This document shows, one piece after another, positions 40,519 through 49,834 of a stretch of DNA of 64,000 bases (the first letter of the stretch is position 1; each line of letters opens with the position of its first letter). The notes under the pieces are model-generated. The model did no database searches, was not told the DNA's origin, and worked only from the letters and a program-made list of their open reading frames with translations. Location: the NCBI GenBank assembly GCA_965372795.1, contig CBDVDR010000016.1, forward strand, positions 1-64,000. The letters are read 5' to 3'. This DNA is from an uncultured bacterium (GTDB lineage Bacteria; Zixibacteria; MSB-5A5; GN15; FEB-12). The position numbers and the translations under genes are program-made.

Positions 40519-41683
40519 AGGAATTCTCCTTTCTTGAATTCAGCTTATTGTCTGAGATGAAATCTATATAAGACTGCAATAAGTTTTTGATATCCTGTGG
40601 AACTTGATATACACCTTTGTCAATACGAGTAACCAGCCCTTGATTGAGAAGTTTGGCAAGAAGGTACTTGGATGAGTTATTGGCTATCACTCTACCAGTC
40701 GTTGCAAGGAGAGATATCAACTTTATAAACTGTGGATGATTTTTACACGCACGACTCAGATTGTAGAGGATTTGCCCCTTATCTGACTGTCCCGCCAATG
40801 CGGATTGAGATTGCTCAAAAAATTTGAGTATATTTGTGATTGATCGCTGATACCAGCAATCGATAATATGGTCGAGAGTCACTATGGTGTTCGATCCAAT
40901 CACAGAGGTGCCAACAAGTTCTCGGATACGCCTACTGTTGAGTAGAGTTTCTACTCGCAAGGAGTCGACAAATTTCGGATAAATCATTATTCTCTCATTC
41001 TTCAACGGAAAAGCGGCAAGTCCATAGGAATTACGAGTTATTTTATCTCGTGGTAATAGTACTGTATAAGGCTTTGCTTCGTTATTTTTGAACATAGATT
41101 GAAAGAGCTTACGGTTTTTTTCAGTAAATAAGATCGCATCTTCTATGAACATATCCCAATAAAGTTCAAGATGTGTAATAGATATTGAGGGTTCTGTAAA
41201 GCTCAAATTATTTGAGGTTGAAGACTGCTTCATGATTTCAACGATAGATCCAAGTAAATCTTCGAGAGTATTGTGTAGTAACGACCTTGTTTCAGCTGCC
41301 AGAATCGCTCGATCATGAGTTGTGTATAAATCCTGAGGTAAAAAGTTATCATTATCATCCAATGATTCTAAAGTCAAGAAATTGAATGATTTATGCCTTA
41401 GTATACGAGTAGGATTGATTGTGACATCCATAAACAAGGTTACAGAGTTTGTGGTTCGATTGTGATAAAGTTTCATTTCTGCCAAAATTCGGTTTTGACG
41501 TCTTGTACGGAGTTTCAAGAAGGCATATTTCTGATAGCTATGTCTTATAGTGAAGAGATCGTTACCAAGATTTACAACAGTCCTTGCGAATTCATCTGAG
41601 TTCATCCCAGCAGCCGAAAAACCAGCGACTTTCATCTGTACCTTATCTATCATGACCATCTCGGATCTGAGAATATCAATCAT
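40493..41683 (-). CDS. Putative rolling-circle replication initiator/relaxase (Rep_trans or gpII/X-like) with C-terminal wHTH
   Basis: ITHLELYWD, MIYPK and LRVE resemble the RxD.xD / YxK / RxE motifs; LLNQGLVTRIDKGVY wHTH. Confidence 0.45.
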   Translation of the reverse strand: MIDILRSEMVMIDKVQMKVAGFSAAGMNSDEFARTVVNLGNDLFTIRHSYQKYAFLKLRTRRQNRILAEMKLYHNRTTNSVTLFMDVTINPTRILRHKSFNFLTLESLDDNDNFLPQDLYTTHDRAILAAETRSLLHNTLEDLLGSIVEIMKQSSTSNNLSFTEPSISITHLELYWDMFIEDAILFTEKNRKLFQSMFKNNEAKPYTVLLPRDKITRNSYGLAAFPLKNERIMIYPKFVDSLRVETLLNSRRIRELVGTSVIGSNTIVTLDHIIDCWYQRSITNILKFFEQSQSALAGQSDKGQILYNLSRACKNHPQFIKLISLLATTGRVIANNSSKYLLAKLLNQGLVTRIDKGVYQVPQDIKNLLQSYIDFISDNKLNSRKENSYDSKANKR

Positions 41684-42081
41684 GACAAGAATCTTTCAAT
41701 GTAAAATTTTTGACGTAAAATACATCTATAGTATAAAGGTGAGACCATTGACTTGTTGTTTAATGCGATTAGCATAATAGTTATAATTTGGCACAAAACA
41801 TTATCTCCTTATCCAACAAAATGTTACGAGATTCATCTTCTTCTCTTAATCTATTGTACAACTACCTAAGTTGACTATAAGTAGAGTTAGTTAGTAAGCA
41901 TGATATTTTTTTGTTATGCGATTTCAGTCAGGAGAATGGAGTTAAAAGGACGCATTATTTGCATAGCAAACCGCTCATGGACTTATTAAACAAGTGTCGG
42001 CTCGTCGCATCGGGTTGAGACAGAAACTGCCTCAGCGACCTTGCATTTGAATCTATCAATGCATCCATACAAGATTAACCT

Positions 42082-42118
42082 AATGATACTTATAGTCCGT
42101 AGACCTATAAGTATCATT
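42082..42118. promoter_or_regulatory. C-box-type operator (14-bp inverted repeat) upstream of the XRE controller gene
   Basis: AATGATACTTATAG-TCCGTAGAC-CTATAAGTATCATT. Confidence 0.75.
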
Positions 42119-42155
42119 GGATTATCCTACATATATCTTAATTGATTGGTAATAG

Positions 42156-42383
42156 ATGATGGATGATCCAAAGATAAAATTCGGAAAAATGGTAAGACAG
42201 AAACGACTTCAGTGGAATTATTCTCAAGAAGAACTTGCTCATCGTTGTGATCTCGACAGAACTTATATTGGTGGAGTTGAACGAGGAGAACGCAATATAA
42301 GCCTAATAAATATTTGTAAAATTGCCAAAGCTTTGAATACTACACCCAAAACCTTACTCGACTTCGGTAAAATCGAGTATTGA
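42156..42383 (+). CDS. XRE family HTH regulator, R-M controller (C protein)-like
   Basis: SQEELAHRCDLDRTYIGGVERGERNISLINI. Confidence 0.9.
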   Translation: MMDDPKIKFGKMVRQKRLQWNYSQEELAHRCDLDRTYIGGVERGERNISLINICKIAKALNTTPKTLLDFGKIEY

Positions 42384-42478
42384 ATTTAATTATTGTGTAT
42401 TTCGAAAAATTCCTTCAAAAGACCTCATAGATTTTTAATTAAATAAACCTATAGATTTATATTTTCCGCTTGTATGGA

Positions 42479-42498
42479 ATGTTGACTATAAGTATCAT
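42479..42498. promoter_or_regulatory. Second (single) C-box-like operator
   Basis: ATGTTGACTATAAGTATCAT shares CTATAAGTATCAT with the upstream operator. Confidence 0.6.
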
Positions 42499-42534
42499 AT
42501 TGTAAGCGCAAACTAATATATGAGGGTATAATCG

Positions 42535-43233
42535 ATGTTTTTAAAAGTACTTTTAATATCAATAATTTTATTGATTAATATTCCATTTTCTGGATATTCA
42601 CAGACAAAATTTATTGAAAATCGTAAAAAGTTAGAAATCGCAGTAAATGAAAACATATCTACACATTACTTATTCAAAAATTGTCAACTTCAGGATGATA
42701 ACAAATGGTTAAGTATTGAACTAAAATCAAAAACTTGGAAGAATCCTAATGACACAAAAGCTCTAATTGATTCTATCATAAAAATTACTAAAAACTTTGC
42801 ACCGTTTAGTGCTAATAAAAATTCGGAATTTCAAATTTATATTGATGAACCTAAAAGTGGATTCCCTATAGCAACTGTACGATCTTATTCTACAAAGACC
42901 TACTATGATTATTCATTTTCTGAGTGGCAAACGAAAGCTAAAGAAAAGTTATTCGGAATAAGGCAATCTACTCAGTATGTTTCAGAAGAAATAAAGTTTG
43001 GCAGGCCAATAATGTCAATGTGGTCTGGTGTTAAGCTATATTATGGATCTGGCTCATCAAAAAAGTTTGTTGGTAAAATAGTATGTTTTAGTGGTGATCT
43101 TGTTATGATCAAATATCCGTCTGGGTCTATAGAATCGAAATACAGAAGCGTAATTATAGACTTGAAAGGAAAGTGGTATATTGACAAGAATGATCCTGCT
43201 TTAAATGCGATGGAGTACTATACTTGTGACTAA
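42535..43233 (+). CDS. Secreted hypothetical protein
   Basis: Signal peptide; GAGGG RBS. Confidence 0.6.
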   Translation: MFLKVLLISIILLINIPFSGYSQTKFIENRKKLEIAVNENISTHYLFKNCQLQDDNKWLSIELKSKTWKNPNDTKALIDSIIKITKNFAPFSANKNSEFQIYIDEPKSGFPIATVRSYSTKTYYDYSFSEWQTKAKEKLFGIRQSTQYVSEEIKFGRPIMSMWSGVKLYYGSGSSKKFVGKIVCFSGDLVMIKYPSGSIESKYRSVIIDLKGKWYIDKNDPALNAMEYYTCD

Positions 43234-43391
43234 TAACACCAAATTGAGTTTGCCAATTATTATTTTTGAATTTTTTATCTTTTGCCCTTATAAATCGCCT
43301 CATATTTACTTAAACAAATGTGAAACTATCCACTTTACAAATCCTTTCTTACCGCTTATTTTTATGTAATTGTACCACAGGAGCTTACGTA

Positions 43392-44036
43392 ATGATCGAG
43401 TTGTTTCCGGTTGATAAAGTCAACCAAATGAGATGCAAATTGGAAACAGCCAGAGCTCCGGCAGGTGATACTCTTAAACAAAATGGATGGCACAAGAGTG
43501 ACCTGTCACCAAATGTATTACTGGAAACGCTTGAAAGTCTTTGGCTTAAAGAAGGATATACACTTCGAGGATACTTATATAAATCAGGTGAAAACGGAAA
43601 CGGCATTGTTTGGGCAATGCCAATCGACTCACCTTTTCCAGAACCTTCAGAGTGCACCAGTCTTACCGATCAGTTTCTTGAACCACCAAAACCAGAACAC
43701 GCTCTTGATGATTTCATGGAAGCAATTGATGGTGATCACACAGCTTGGTCATACATGTGTTCCTCAATCCTTGGCCGAGAATTACTTGAGTTCGGTGCAA
43801 GATGGCATGGCTGTGAATGGAGTTATGAAAGGATTGTATCTTTTAAGAAGTTATATAGAATATGTAGGTTAAAACCAATAACTGATAAATCTTTCATTTA
43901 TAATCCAATTGTAATTATAAATCAGATTGTAATTTGTTCTTTATTTACTATTCATGAGCAATATGGTTTTATTAAGGAGAACAGAGACATTTACCAGAAA
44001 GGGAATTATGAAAATAATAATAACGATCAAAAATAA
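43392..44036 (+). CDS. Hypothetical protein
   Basis: AGGAG RBS; GENGNG...ELLEFGARWHG segment. Confidence 0.6.
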   Translation: MIELFPVDKVNQMRCKLETARAPAGDTLKQNGWHKSDLSPNVLLETLESLWLKEGYTLRGYLYKSGENGNGIVWAMPIDSPFPEPSECTSLTDQFLEPPKPEHALDDFMEAIDGDHTAWSYMCSSILGRELLEFGARWHGCEWSYERIVSFKKLYRICRLKPITDKSFIYNPIVIINQIVICSLFTIHEQYGFIKENRDIYQKGNYENNNNDQK

Positions 44037-44065
44037 TAAAATTTGGGATAAATATTATACCTTAA

Positions 44066-44911
44066 TCAACTTACTCGAATAGTTATTTTTTTTGATTTCA
44101 TATTCCTCATAAAATTACTAATATGCCTTAAACCATCTATAAATGCATACCTACATTCTCTATAAGTTTTATGTGCATCTTTTTTCGATCTTGGAGCATG
44201 AACAGCTGGATTACCAAAATCACTTACAAAAGATTTCATCCCTCCAATAATAGCAGAAGTATCGCTAAACTGTCTGGCATCATTCATGTCATTCAAAATA
44301 TCCGCTAAATCTTTTGAAAGAGTTGAAGTAGTTAGCCAATCTTTTTTGATACTTGATTTAACAGCACTTTTGACCATTTCTTCAATAAGGATTCGGAGAT
44401 CACCTACACCTGAACGAGGATCATTTTGATATTTATCAAATGCATCAAGTACCCTTACTTTGACTTTACCTTTAATGTCCTTTGTTTTTTCGTTAAATTC
44501 CTTTCCTTTTATATGTTGAACTAAAGGTACAGTTGACTCTTGAAATTTCGCATCACCATTATCATCTACTATTATTATTCCATATCCATGAGATAATAAT
44601 TTCTTGAATTCTGCTTTATTTTTTTTATCGTTGTATAGCCCTTCAGTACATACACAATAAATTTCAATTGGTATAGTTACTTCTATGATATCAGCCAAAT
44701 ATAATTTAAAAACTGTTGGGTAAGGCATTTGAGATACTTCAGCAACTAAAATTCTTTTTCGAGTAGTTTCAAAATGTAAAGCAGGTGCCCAATCGATCTC
44801 ATGTGAGATCGGTTGCGATACTTTTGGTTGTGTTTGGAATCGCTCACTTAAAAATTTATGAGCAGAATTGAACAAAAAATCATCTCCAGATGATAAGCCC
44901 TTGTATGACAT
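44066..44911 (-). CDS. Hypothetical protein, restriction-endonuclease-like N-terminus and HEPN/DUF4145-like C-terminus
   Basis: LVAEVS, YGIIIVD segments; LIEE...GNPAVH; last gene of the MTase-ParB operon. Confidence 0.45.
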   Translation of the reverse strand: MSYKGLSSGDDFLFNSAHKFLSERFQTQPKVSQPISHEIDWAPALHFETTRKRILVAEVSQMPYPTVFKLYLADIIEVTIPIEIYCVCTEGLYNDKKNKAEFKKLLSHGYGIIIVDDNGDAKFQESTVPLVQHIKGKEFNEKTKDIKGKVKVRVLDAFDKYQNDPRSGVGDLRILIEEMVKSAVKSSIKKDWLTTSTLSKDLADILNDMNDARQFSDTSAIIGGMKSFVSDFGNPAVHAPRSKKDAHKTYRECRYAFIDGLRHISNFMRNMKSKKITIRVS

Positions 44912-45877
44912 TTACTTGCCCCCCAAAATTCTCTGGAGGAATTCTCTAAGATTATTTAATTTTTCAACAAATTCATCATCCAATTGAGAGACAAGATTCT
45001 CCTTCAACAAAATATCAAAATAAGCGTTTAAGTGATCAATTTGACTGATTGCCTTTTTTTCATCATAACCAAATTCTACTGTCCTTTCATACACCTCACG
45101 AATGCCTACTTCATTATTGGAATTGAACAAACTTTTCAAAGCAGATTCAGCTTGAGACTTTTTGATACCGATATTATCGATTGCAGTAGCAATTTTGGAT
45201 AATTGCCTAAAATCTGTAACAGCTCCAATTGTCCCTTCACGGTACTTGTCAATAAGCGTATTTCTTATTCCGTCAATATTGGATTCAAATTGAGGAAGTC
45301 TTTTGGTAATAGTCTTGAGAGACCGTTCCATTTCAAGAAAGAAATCCTCTGTAATTTTCTGACGAGATTTAGGAAGCTGCAATTCTTCCATCAACATTTG
45401 CTCAAACTGTGGAGGCATCTCCATAAGTAATTGGCATCTACGTATCTGCCCTCTTGTAAGACCAGTCTCTTTACTCAACTCTATCTCATTTGGTGGGTAC
45501 CCTTTTTCTTCTGTAAATAAATCAATAATTCGTCCTAAGTTTTTTGCAATTGTAAAGTAATCCCACTGTTCTCGAAGTGCGTGAATATTCGACATCAACA
45601 ATAAGTTTTCTAATTCTGAAGGACGATCCTGTATAATTGCTGGGATTTTATCAAGAGCAAGTTTTATTGAACATCGCCATCTTCTCTCTCCATCAATGAG
45701 AAAGTACTTGTCTTTATGTTCAAAAACTGAAATTGGAACTTGAATACCATGTTCAGAAATAGACACCATAAGGATCTCCATTTCTTCTTGACGAAAAACC
45801 ATTCTTGGATTTTCAGGGTTTGGCTGAATATCTTTAGGTGATATTTGCTTTAACCTTTTTATTTTTGTTTTATCCAT
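44912..45877 (-). CDS. ParB/Srx N-terminal domain protein
   Basis: PNPENPR, SISEHGIQVPI, LIDGERRWR. Confidence 0.85.
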   Translation of the reverse strand: MDKTKIKRLKQISPKDIQPNPENPRMVFRQEEMEILMVSISEHGIQVPISVFEHKDKYFLIDGERRWRCSIKLALDKIPAIIQDRPSELENLLLMSNIHALREQWDYFTIAKNLGRIIDLFTEEKGYPPNEIELSKETGLTRGQIRRCQLLMEMPPQFEQMLMEELQLPKSRQKITEDFFLEMERSLKTITKRLPQFESNIDGIRNTLIDKYREGTIGAVTDFRQLSKIATAIDNIGIKKSQAESALKSLFNSNNEVGIREVYERTVEFGYDEKKAISQIDHLNAYFDILLKENLVSQLDDEFVEKLNNLREFLQRILGGK

Positions 45878-47108
45878 ATGCTCTCCTACCCAATATTAAC
45901 AACTCCTTTGCGGAGTATTTTCCATATCCTTTTGAAGCACCCAGAGTAGAGTGCTCTATATCAACTTCGTTAGTAATCTCAACTGAACGATACTTTTTTT
46001 TCATAAGTTTGGGAAGTTGTTCTTTCGCATTCGGTAATAATCCTACTTCAGGATAACTGATAATAAAATCTGATCCAATTCCAGCGACAGAATCTATTAA
46101 ATCAGTAAAAGCGTTCATTACTTTTGGAGAACTACAAAAAGGTGACTGAAATCGATCCCCCCTATACCTACCAACTCCTGATGCTGTTGGATAGTCGTAT
46201 AGTATCAAGGTTTCATACAGATGATAATATCTGGAATATTGGTCATTAGTATAAGGAGGGTCAGCGTAAACAACAGCAGGTTTAATTTTATAACGCATCA
46301 TTTTATTCACGAGTTCAAGTGCATCTTCATTAAAAACTCGATTGGTACTTCTCCAATCTGCCCAACCAATAGGAACCAATTCATCAATCGCATCTAACCA
46401 GTGAAGCCATACTGATTTCTTTCTTTGATTTACAAAATGCCTACAATTATTATCCTTTATTTTGAGATATTGTGCGAAATGTCCAGTTGTTGTAGAAACC
46501 TTACAAGTAGCTTGGCAAAGTGCAAGTATCCACCATCGATGTAAATCTTGATCGATAACTCTATTCTCTCTAAGAACATCAATAGAATATCTAATTGAAT
46601 CTATCTCGATAGCCTGTTTTAAGCCTATATACCCACCAGCAAATGTGATAGAGAATAAACGATATGGAAACGTAGATGATTTTCTTTTGAGTCTTTTACT
46701 TTCAGACTGAAGTTTTGAGTCATTACCAACATGAGGTAGCTGGCTGTAAAAGTCTCCAAAACTCTCAGGACTTGAGGTTACCAGTTCTTCTAATTCTTGA
46801 TCAATATATTTTACAAACCTATTGTATAATTTTTCTTTATTCCTCTCAAAATTACTGTATGCTTTGTCGGCGGCTTCTATTGATGTCAAACTGATGTTCT
46901 TGGATTGAAAAAAAGCTTTTGCAACTGTAGATGCGAATACTTGAATATCATTACACCAAACTGATCTTTCAGTGCCTATTGATTCTCCAACAGCACATAC
47001 TCCTGAAAATAAGTCAAGAAAAGGACCTCTCTTCAAGTTATGTGTAATTTCAGCGATTGTAGGAGCTATCCTGCGCTTAGTTCCCATGTAACTTACCGAT
47101 ATTGTCAA
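45870..47108 (-). CDS. DNA adenine methyltransferase (D12 class)
   Basis: YMGTK, DLFSG, NDIQ, YADPPY, YSRYYH motifs. Confidence 0.85.
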   Translation of the reverse strand: MTISVSYMGTKRRIAPTIAEITHNLKRGPFLDLFSGVCAVGESIGTERSVWCNDIQVFASTVAKAFFQSKNISLTSIEAADKAYSNFERNKEKLYNRFVKYIDQELEELVTSSPESFGDFYSQLPHVGNDSKLQSESKRLKRKSSTFPYRLFSITFAGGYIGLKQAIEIDSIRYSIDVLRENRVIDQDLHRWWILALCQATCKVSTTTGHFAQYLKIKDNNCRHFVNQRKKSVWLHWLDAIDELVPIGWADWRSTNRVFNEDALELVNKMMRYKIKPAVVYADPPYTNDQYSRYYHLYETLILYDYPTASGVGRYRGDRFQSPFCSSPKVMNAFTDLIDSVAGIGSDFIISYPEVGLLPNAKEQLPKLMKKKYRSVEITNEVDIEHSTLGASKGYGKYSAKELLILGRRAYG

Positions 47109-47476
47109 TCAACCTCGCTACTCATTAAAATGGATAACTAACAACTTAATTTTATTAAAATACAAATGTAAAGGAGCTTTGTCAAGTCATCAAACCCCTC
47201 ATAACGATATAGTAATAAGCAACTTAAGATTAAGTTGAAGGATTGGATGAAAAACCTACTGAGTTATATTTATTCTGACTTATAAAACCACCTATAGAAT
47301 ATAACAATTTACAGAATCAGATCATGAAATTTTCAACTTTAAAAATAAACACAATTAAGATTTAAAAGGCAATTGCACAATACTACTTTTTACAATAATT
47401 ATTCTTACCTAATTAACATTTTATCTGAAATGTGAGATACTTTATTTTCTTTTTTTTAGGGATGCATATAGTATAA

Positions 47477-48466
47477 TTATGCTTTTTCACACAATTCCTT
47501 TTTCCATGTTAACTTCCCGAAGTAATCCAGGCACCACAAGCAAGGGTATGGATAGAGACAATTTTGATCCGACATGCTGCTCAACCTAACGCTTGTAAAT
47601 TTAGACAATAACTCATAATGGCGTGCAATACATTTTTCTAATCCTTCAACATTCACACTCCCCAACATCTCTTTTCCCATAATTGAGGGTTTATTTCCAT
47701 TACATACATGAGACAGATTACAGCAAAAAACTGCATTTCCCAAATGATCAATAGAGTATGATTGTTGATAAGCATTGCAATTAAATAAGGCACTATCCTC
47801 TCCCCAAGAACCCTCAATCATTATCTCTGTCTTGATGTTTGGAATAATGTCACTTTTAATGAATAAGAAGATTTGTTTCGTTTCCTCATGAGAGGGTAAA
47901 AGATTGTTCTCCAATAATCGTGGTGTAGGAACAAGAGTAAGAAACGAGTGTTGGTTTGCGCCTAACTTTGATCCCAAAAGAGCAATCTCTATAATCTCTT
48001 GTATATTAGCATTGGTCACTACTGTTTTAAAGCTTAACGGCAATCCTTGAAGTCGGCTGAGATTAGCTGCGTCAATTACTTCAGAAAATGAGTCATTTCC
48101 TCTTAAAGTATTATGTGAAGTAGGTGATGCACCGTCCAAACTTAGACATATACTATCTAAGTATCTTTTTACCATTGGATTGGACAATACTGGTAATGTC
48201 CTTTGTTTGAACTGATATCCGTTGCTCACAAAACTGAACTTCAGTTTTCTTTCTGCTAAAGCGACTAACATATCAGGCCAAGCAGGATGAAGTGTGGGCT
48301 CACCACCTGTAAGACTAATATGAGTTATTCCAAAACTATACGCACTATCTAATATTTCTATAAAGACATCCAAAGGAAGATGTTTTCTGGGCTCCAATTT
48401 ATCCCTCAGACAGTGAATACAATCACGGTTGCAAACATTCGTTAGATCTATAGATAAATCTGGCAT
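47477..48466 (-). CDS. Radical SAM protein with a Cys-rich (SPASM/twitch-like) C-terminus
   Basis: CNRDCIHC, LTGGEP, SLDG, additional C-terminal cysteines. Confidence 0.88.
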   Translation of the reverse strand: MPDLSIDLTNVCNRDCIHCLRDKLEPRKHLPLDVFIEILDSAYSFGITHISLTGGEPTLHPAWPDMLVALAERKLKFSFVSNGYQFKQRTLPVLSNPMVKRYLDSICLSLDGASPTSHNTLRGNDSFSEVIDAANLSRLQGLPLSFKTVVTNANIQEIIEIALLGSKLGANQHSFLTLVPTPRLLENNLLPSHEETKQIFLFIKSDIIPNIKTEIMIEGSWGEDSALFNCNAYQQSYSIDHLGNAVFCCNLSHVCNGNKPSIMGKEMLGSVNVEGLEKCIARHYELLSKFTSVRLSSMSDQNCLYPYPCLWCLDYFGKLTWKKELCEKA

Positions 48467-48483
48467 ATAATATAACTCTTCAA

Positions 48484-48945
48484 CTAATAGGCTCTTTGAC
48501 CGCTTCTTCTTGCTTGTCTTACTGCAGAGCTTACACGACCCGTTACAACAGCTCCTATTTTATGAAAATGCTCACCCTCCACTTCCATAATCGGCCTTGT
48601 ATAAGTTATCTTCTTAGCATTAGGTTTCGTTGTAATACTGACGCACTCTTTCTGTATCTGTGATGATAATAGATTGTGTCGCTTAAGGTCAACTATAAAC
48701 CTATCAATGTCCTCCGAGACATTTTCTATATCAATATTCTCATATCTTGCCGATACCAATGACATTACAGAAGACAATGGAATCCCATCAGTACTTTCCT
48801 TGATCAAACGCAAAATGCAGCATGCGGGGTCATTCAACCAAAAAGACTGCTTTGTTTCTAAATCAACAATTAATCCCTCGTCCTCAAGTGTCGATAAGAT
48901 AATATCGCTTTTGAGGTTAATTACTTCTTTTATTCTCTCGTCCAC
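48484..48945 (-). CDS. PqqD/RRE domain protein with a C-terminal leader/core-like peptide extension
   Basis: LNDPACCIL...ARYE...DIDRFIVDL RRE pattern followed by YTRPIMEVEG; GGAGG RBS. Confidence 0.7.
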   Translation of the reverse strand: MDERIKEVINLKSDIILSTLEDEGLIVDLETKQSFWLNDPACCILRLIKESTDGIPLSSVMSLVSARYENIDIENVSEDIDRFIVDLKRHNLLSSQIQKECVSITTKPNAKKITYTRPIMEVEGEHFHKIGAVVTGRVSSAVRQARRSGQRAY

Positions 48946-49553
48946 TACGACTTACCTCCTAACCTGAACTTATATTATCCGTTCAATGAATAGTGTTAAT
49001 TTCAAAGTCGTTTGAATACAATCACTTACATTAAACATCCTTATCTTCGATAATATTATGATCTTTTTTTCGCATACTTAACAGTACGGAACTCGTTGCA
49101 TGTTAGTAATATATTGATGCGATACACGAAACACCAGTAAAAAATTCGAGTTGATTAAGTGTAATCTCTGCTTTCAAAAGCATACTGTTGCAAGATAGAG
49201 TATCCTCAATGTAAGGTGGGTACTATTGAGATTAGAGACAAAAAATCTTTAAAATCTCATTAGACCTTTCTAATTTTGTTCTTATCGCAAGAGGTCAATG
49301 ATTATATAGTATCCTGAACCTCTTCGAAGTTCCGCTAATCTTCCAAAAAGTCAAACATGATGCTCAAGGATCTTGTCTATACGGCTATAAGTTGTGTTAG
49401 AACTCATTCAGTCTGCCAATTATGTCATCCGTTAGAGATTTGCAAACATTATCTATTCTGGGGAGCTTTTCTGTGTGATGTTATGATACTTGGGGACAGT
49501 CTACTGGTATTCAGCAGATCAGCTATGATCTTTGAGCTGAAACCTATCACAGT

Positions 49554-49598
49554 GATACTTGACATCCAGTTGTGATAATCGTCTCGTAGAGCCCGCCA
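49554..49598 (+). repeat. att-like site A
   Basis: AGTTGTGATAATCGTCTCGTAGAGCCCGCCA. Confidence 0.75.
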
Positions 49599-49608
49599 TT
49601 TTTTGGAG

Positions 49609-49636
49609 AACCCTGATGAAATCATCGGGGTTTTTT
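49609..49636 (+). terminator. Intrinsic terminator after site A (duplicated after site B)
   Basis: AACCCTGATGA-AA-TCATCGGGGTT-TTTT. Confidence 0.75.
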
Positions 49637-49834
49637 CATGTCAAAATTTATAAAAATTTGACATGCATCCCAACAACTCCTCTTATTTATATCTACTTGT
49701 TTGACAAAGTGTTACACGTTCGAATCTGCCTACAAACTTTCTTTTAATAGACTGTATTAAATATCCTTTCATACTGCGCAAGATAAGGGTATACTTTTCG
49801 TCATGAAACCTGCAATCTTAAATAGCCTTTCCCC

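Larger units (their letters stand above)
38799..49598. mobile_element. ~10.8 kb integrative element at tRNA-Asp (serine recombinase, Rep-like gene, cargo), bounded by attL (tRNA 3' end) and attR-like site A
   Basis: GTCTCGTCAACCCCGC at the tRNA end is echoed by GTCTCGTAGAGCCCGCCA at 49581-49598. Confidence 0.75.

Noticed and set aside
38799..49598. Prophage
   Set aside because: No capsid, terminase, tail or lysis genes are recognisable.
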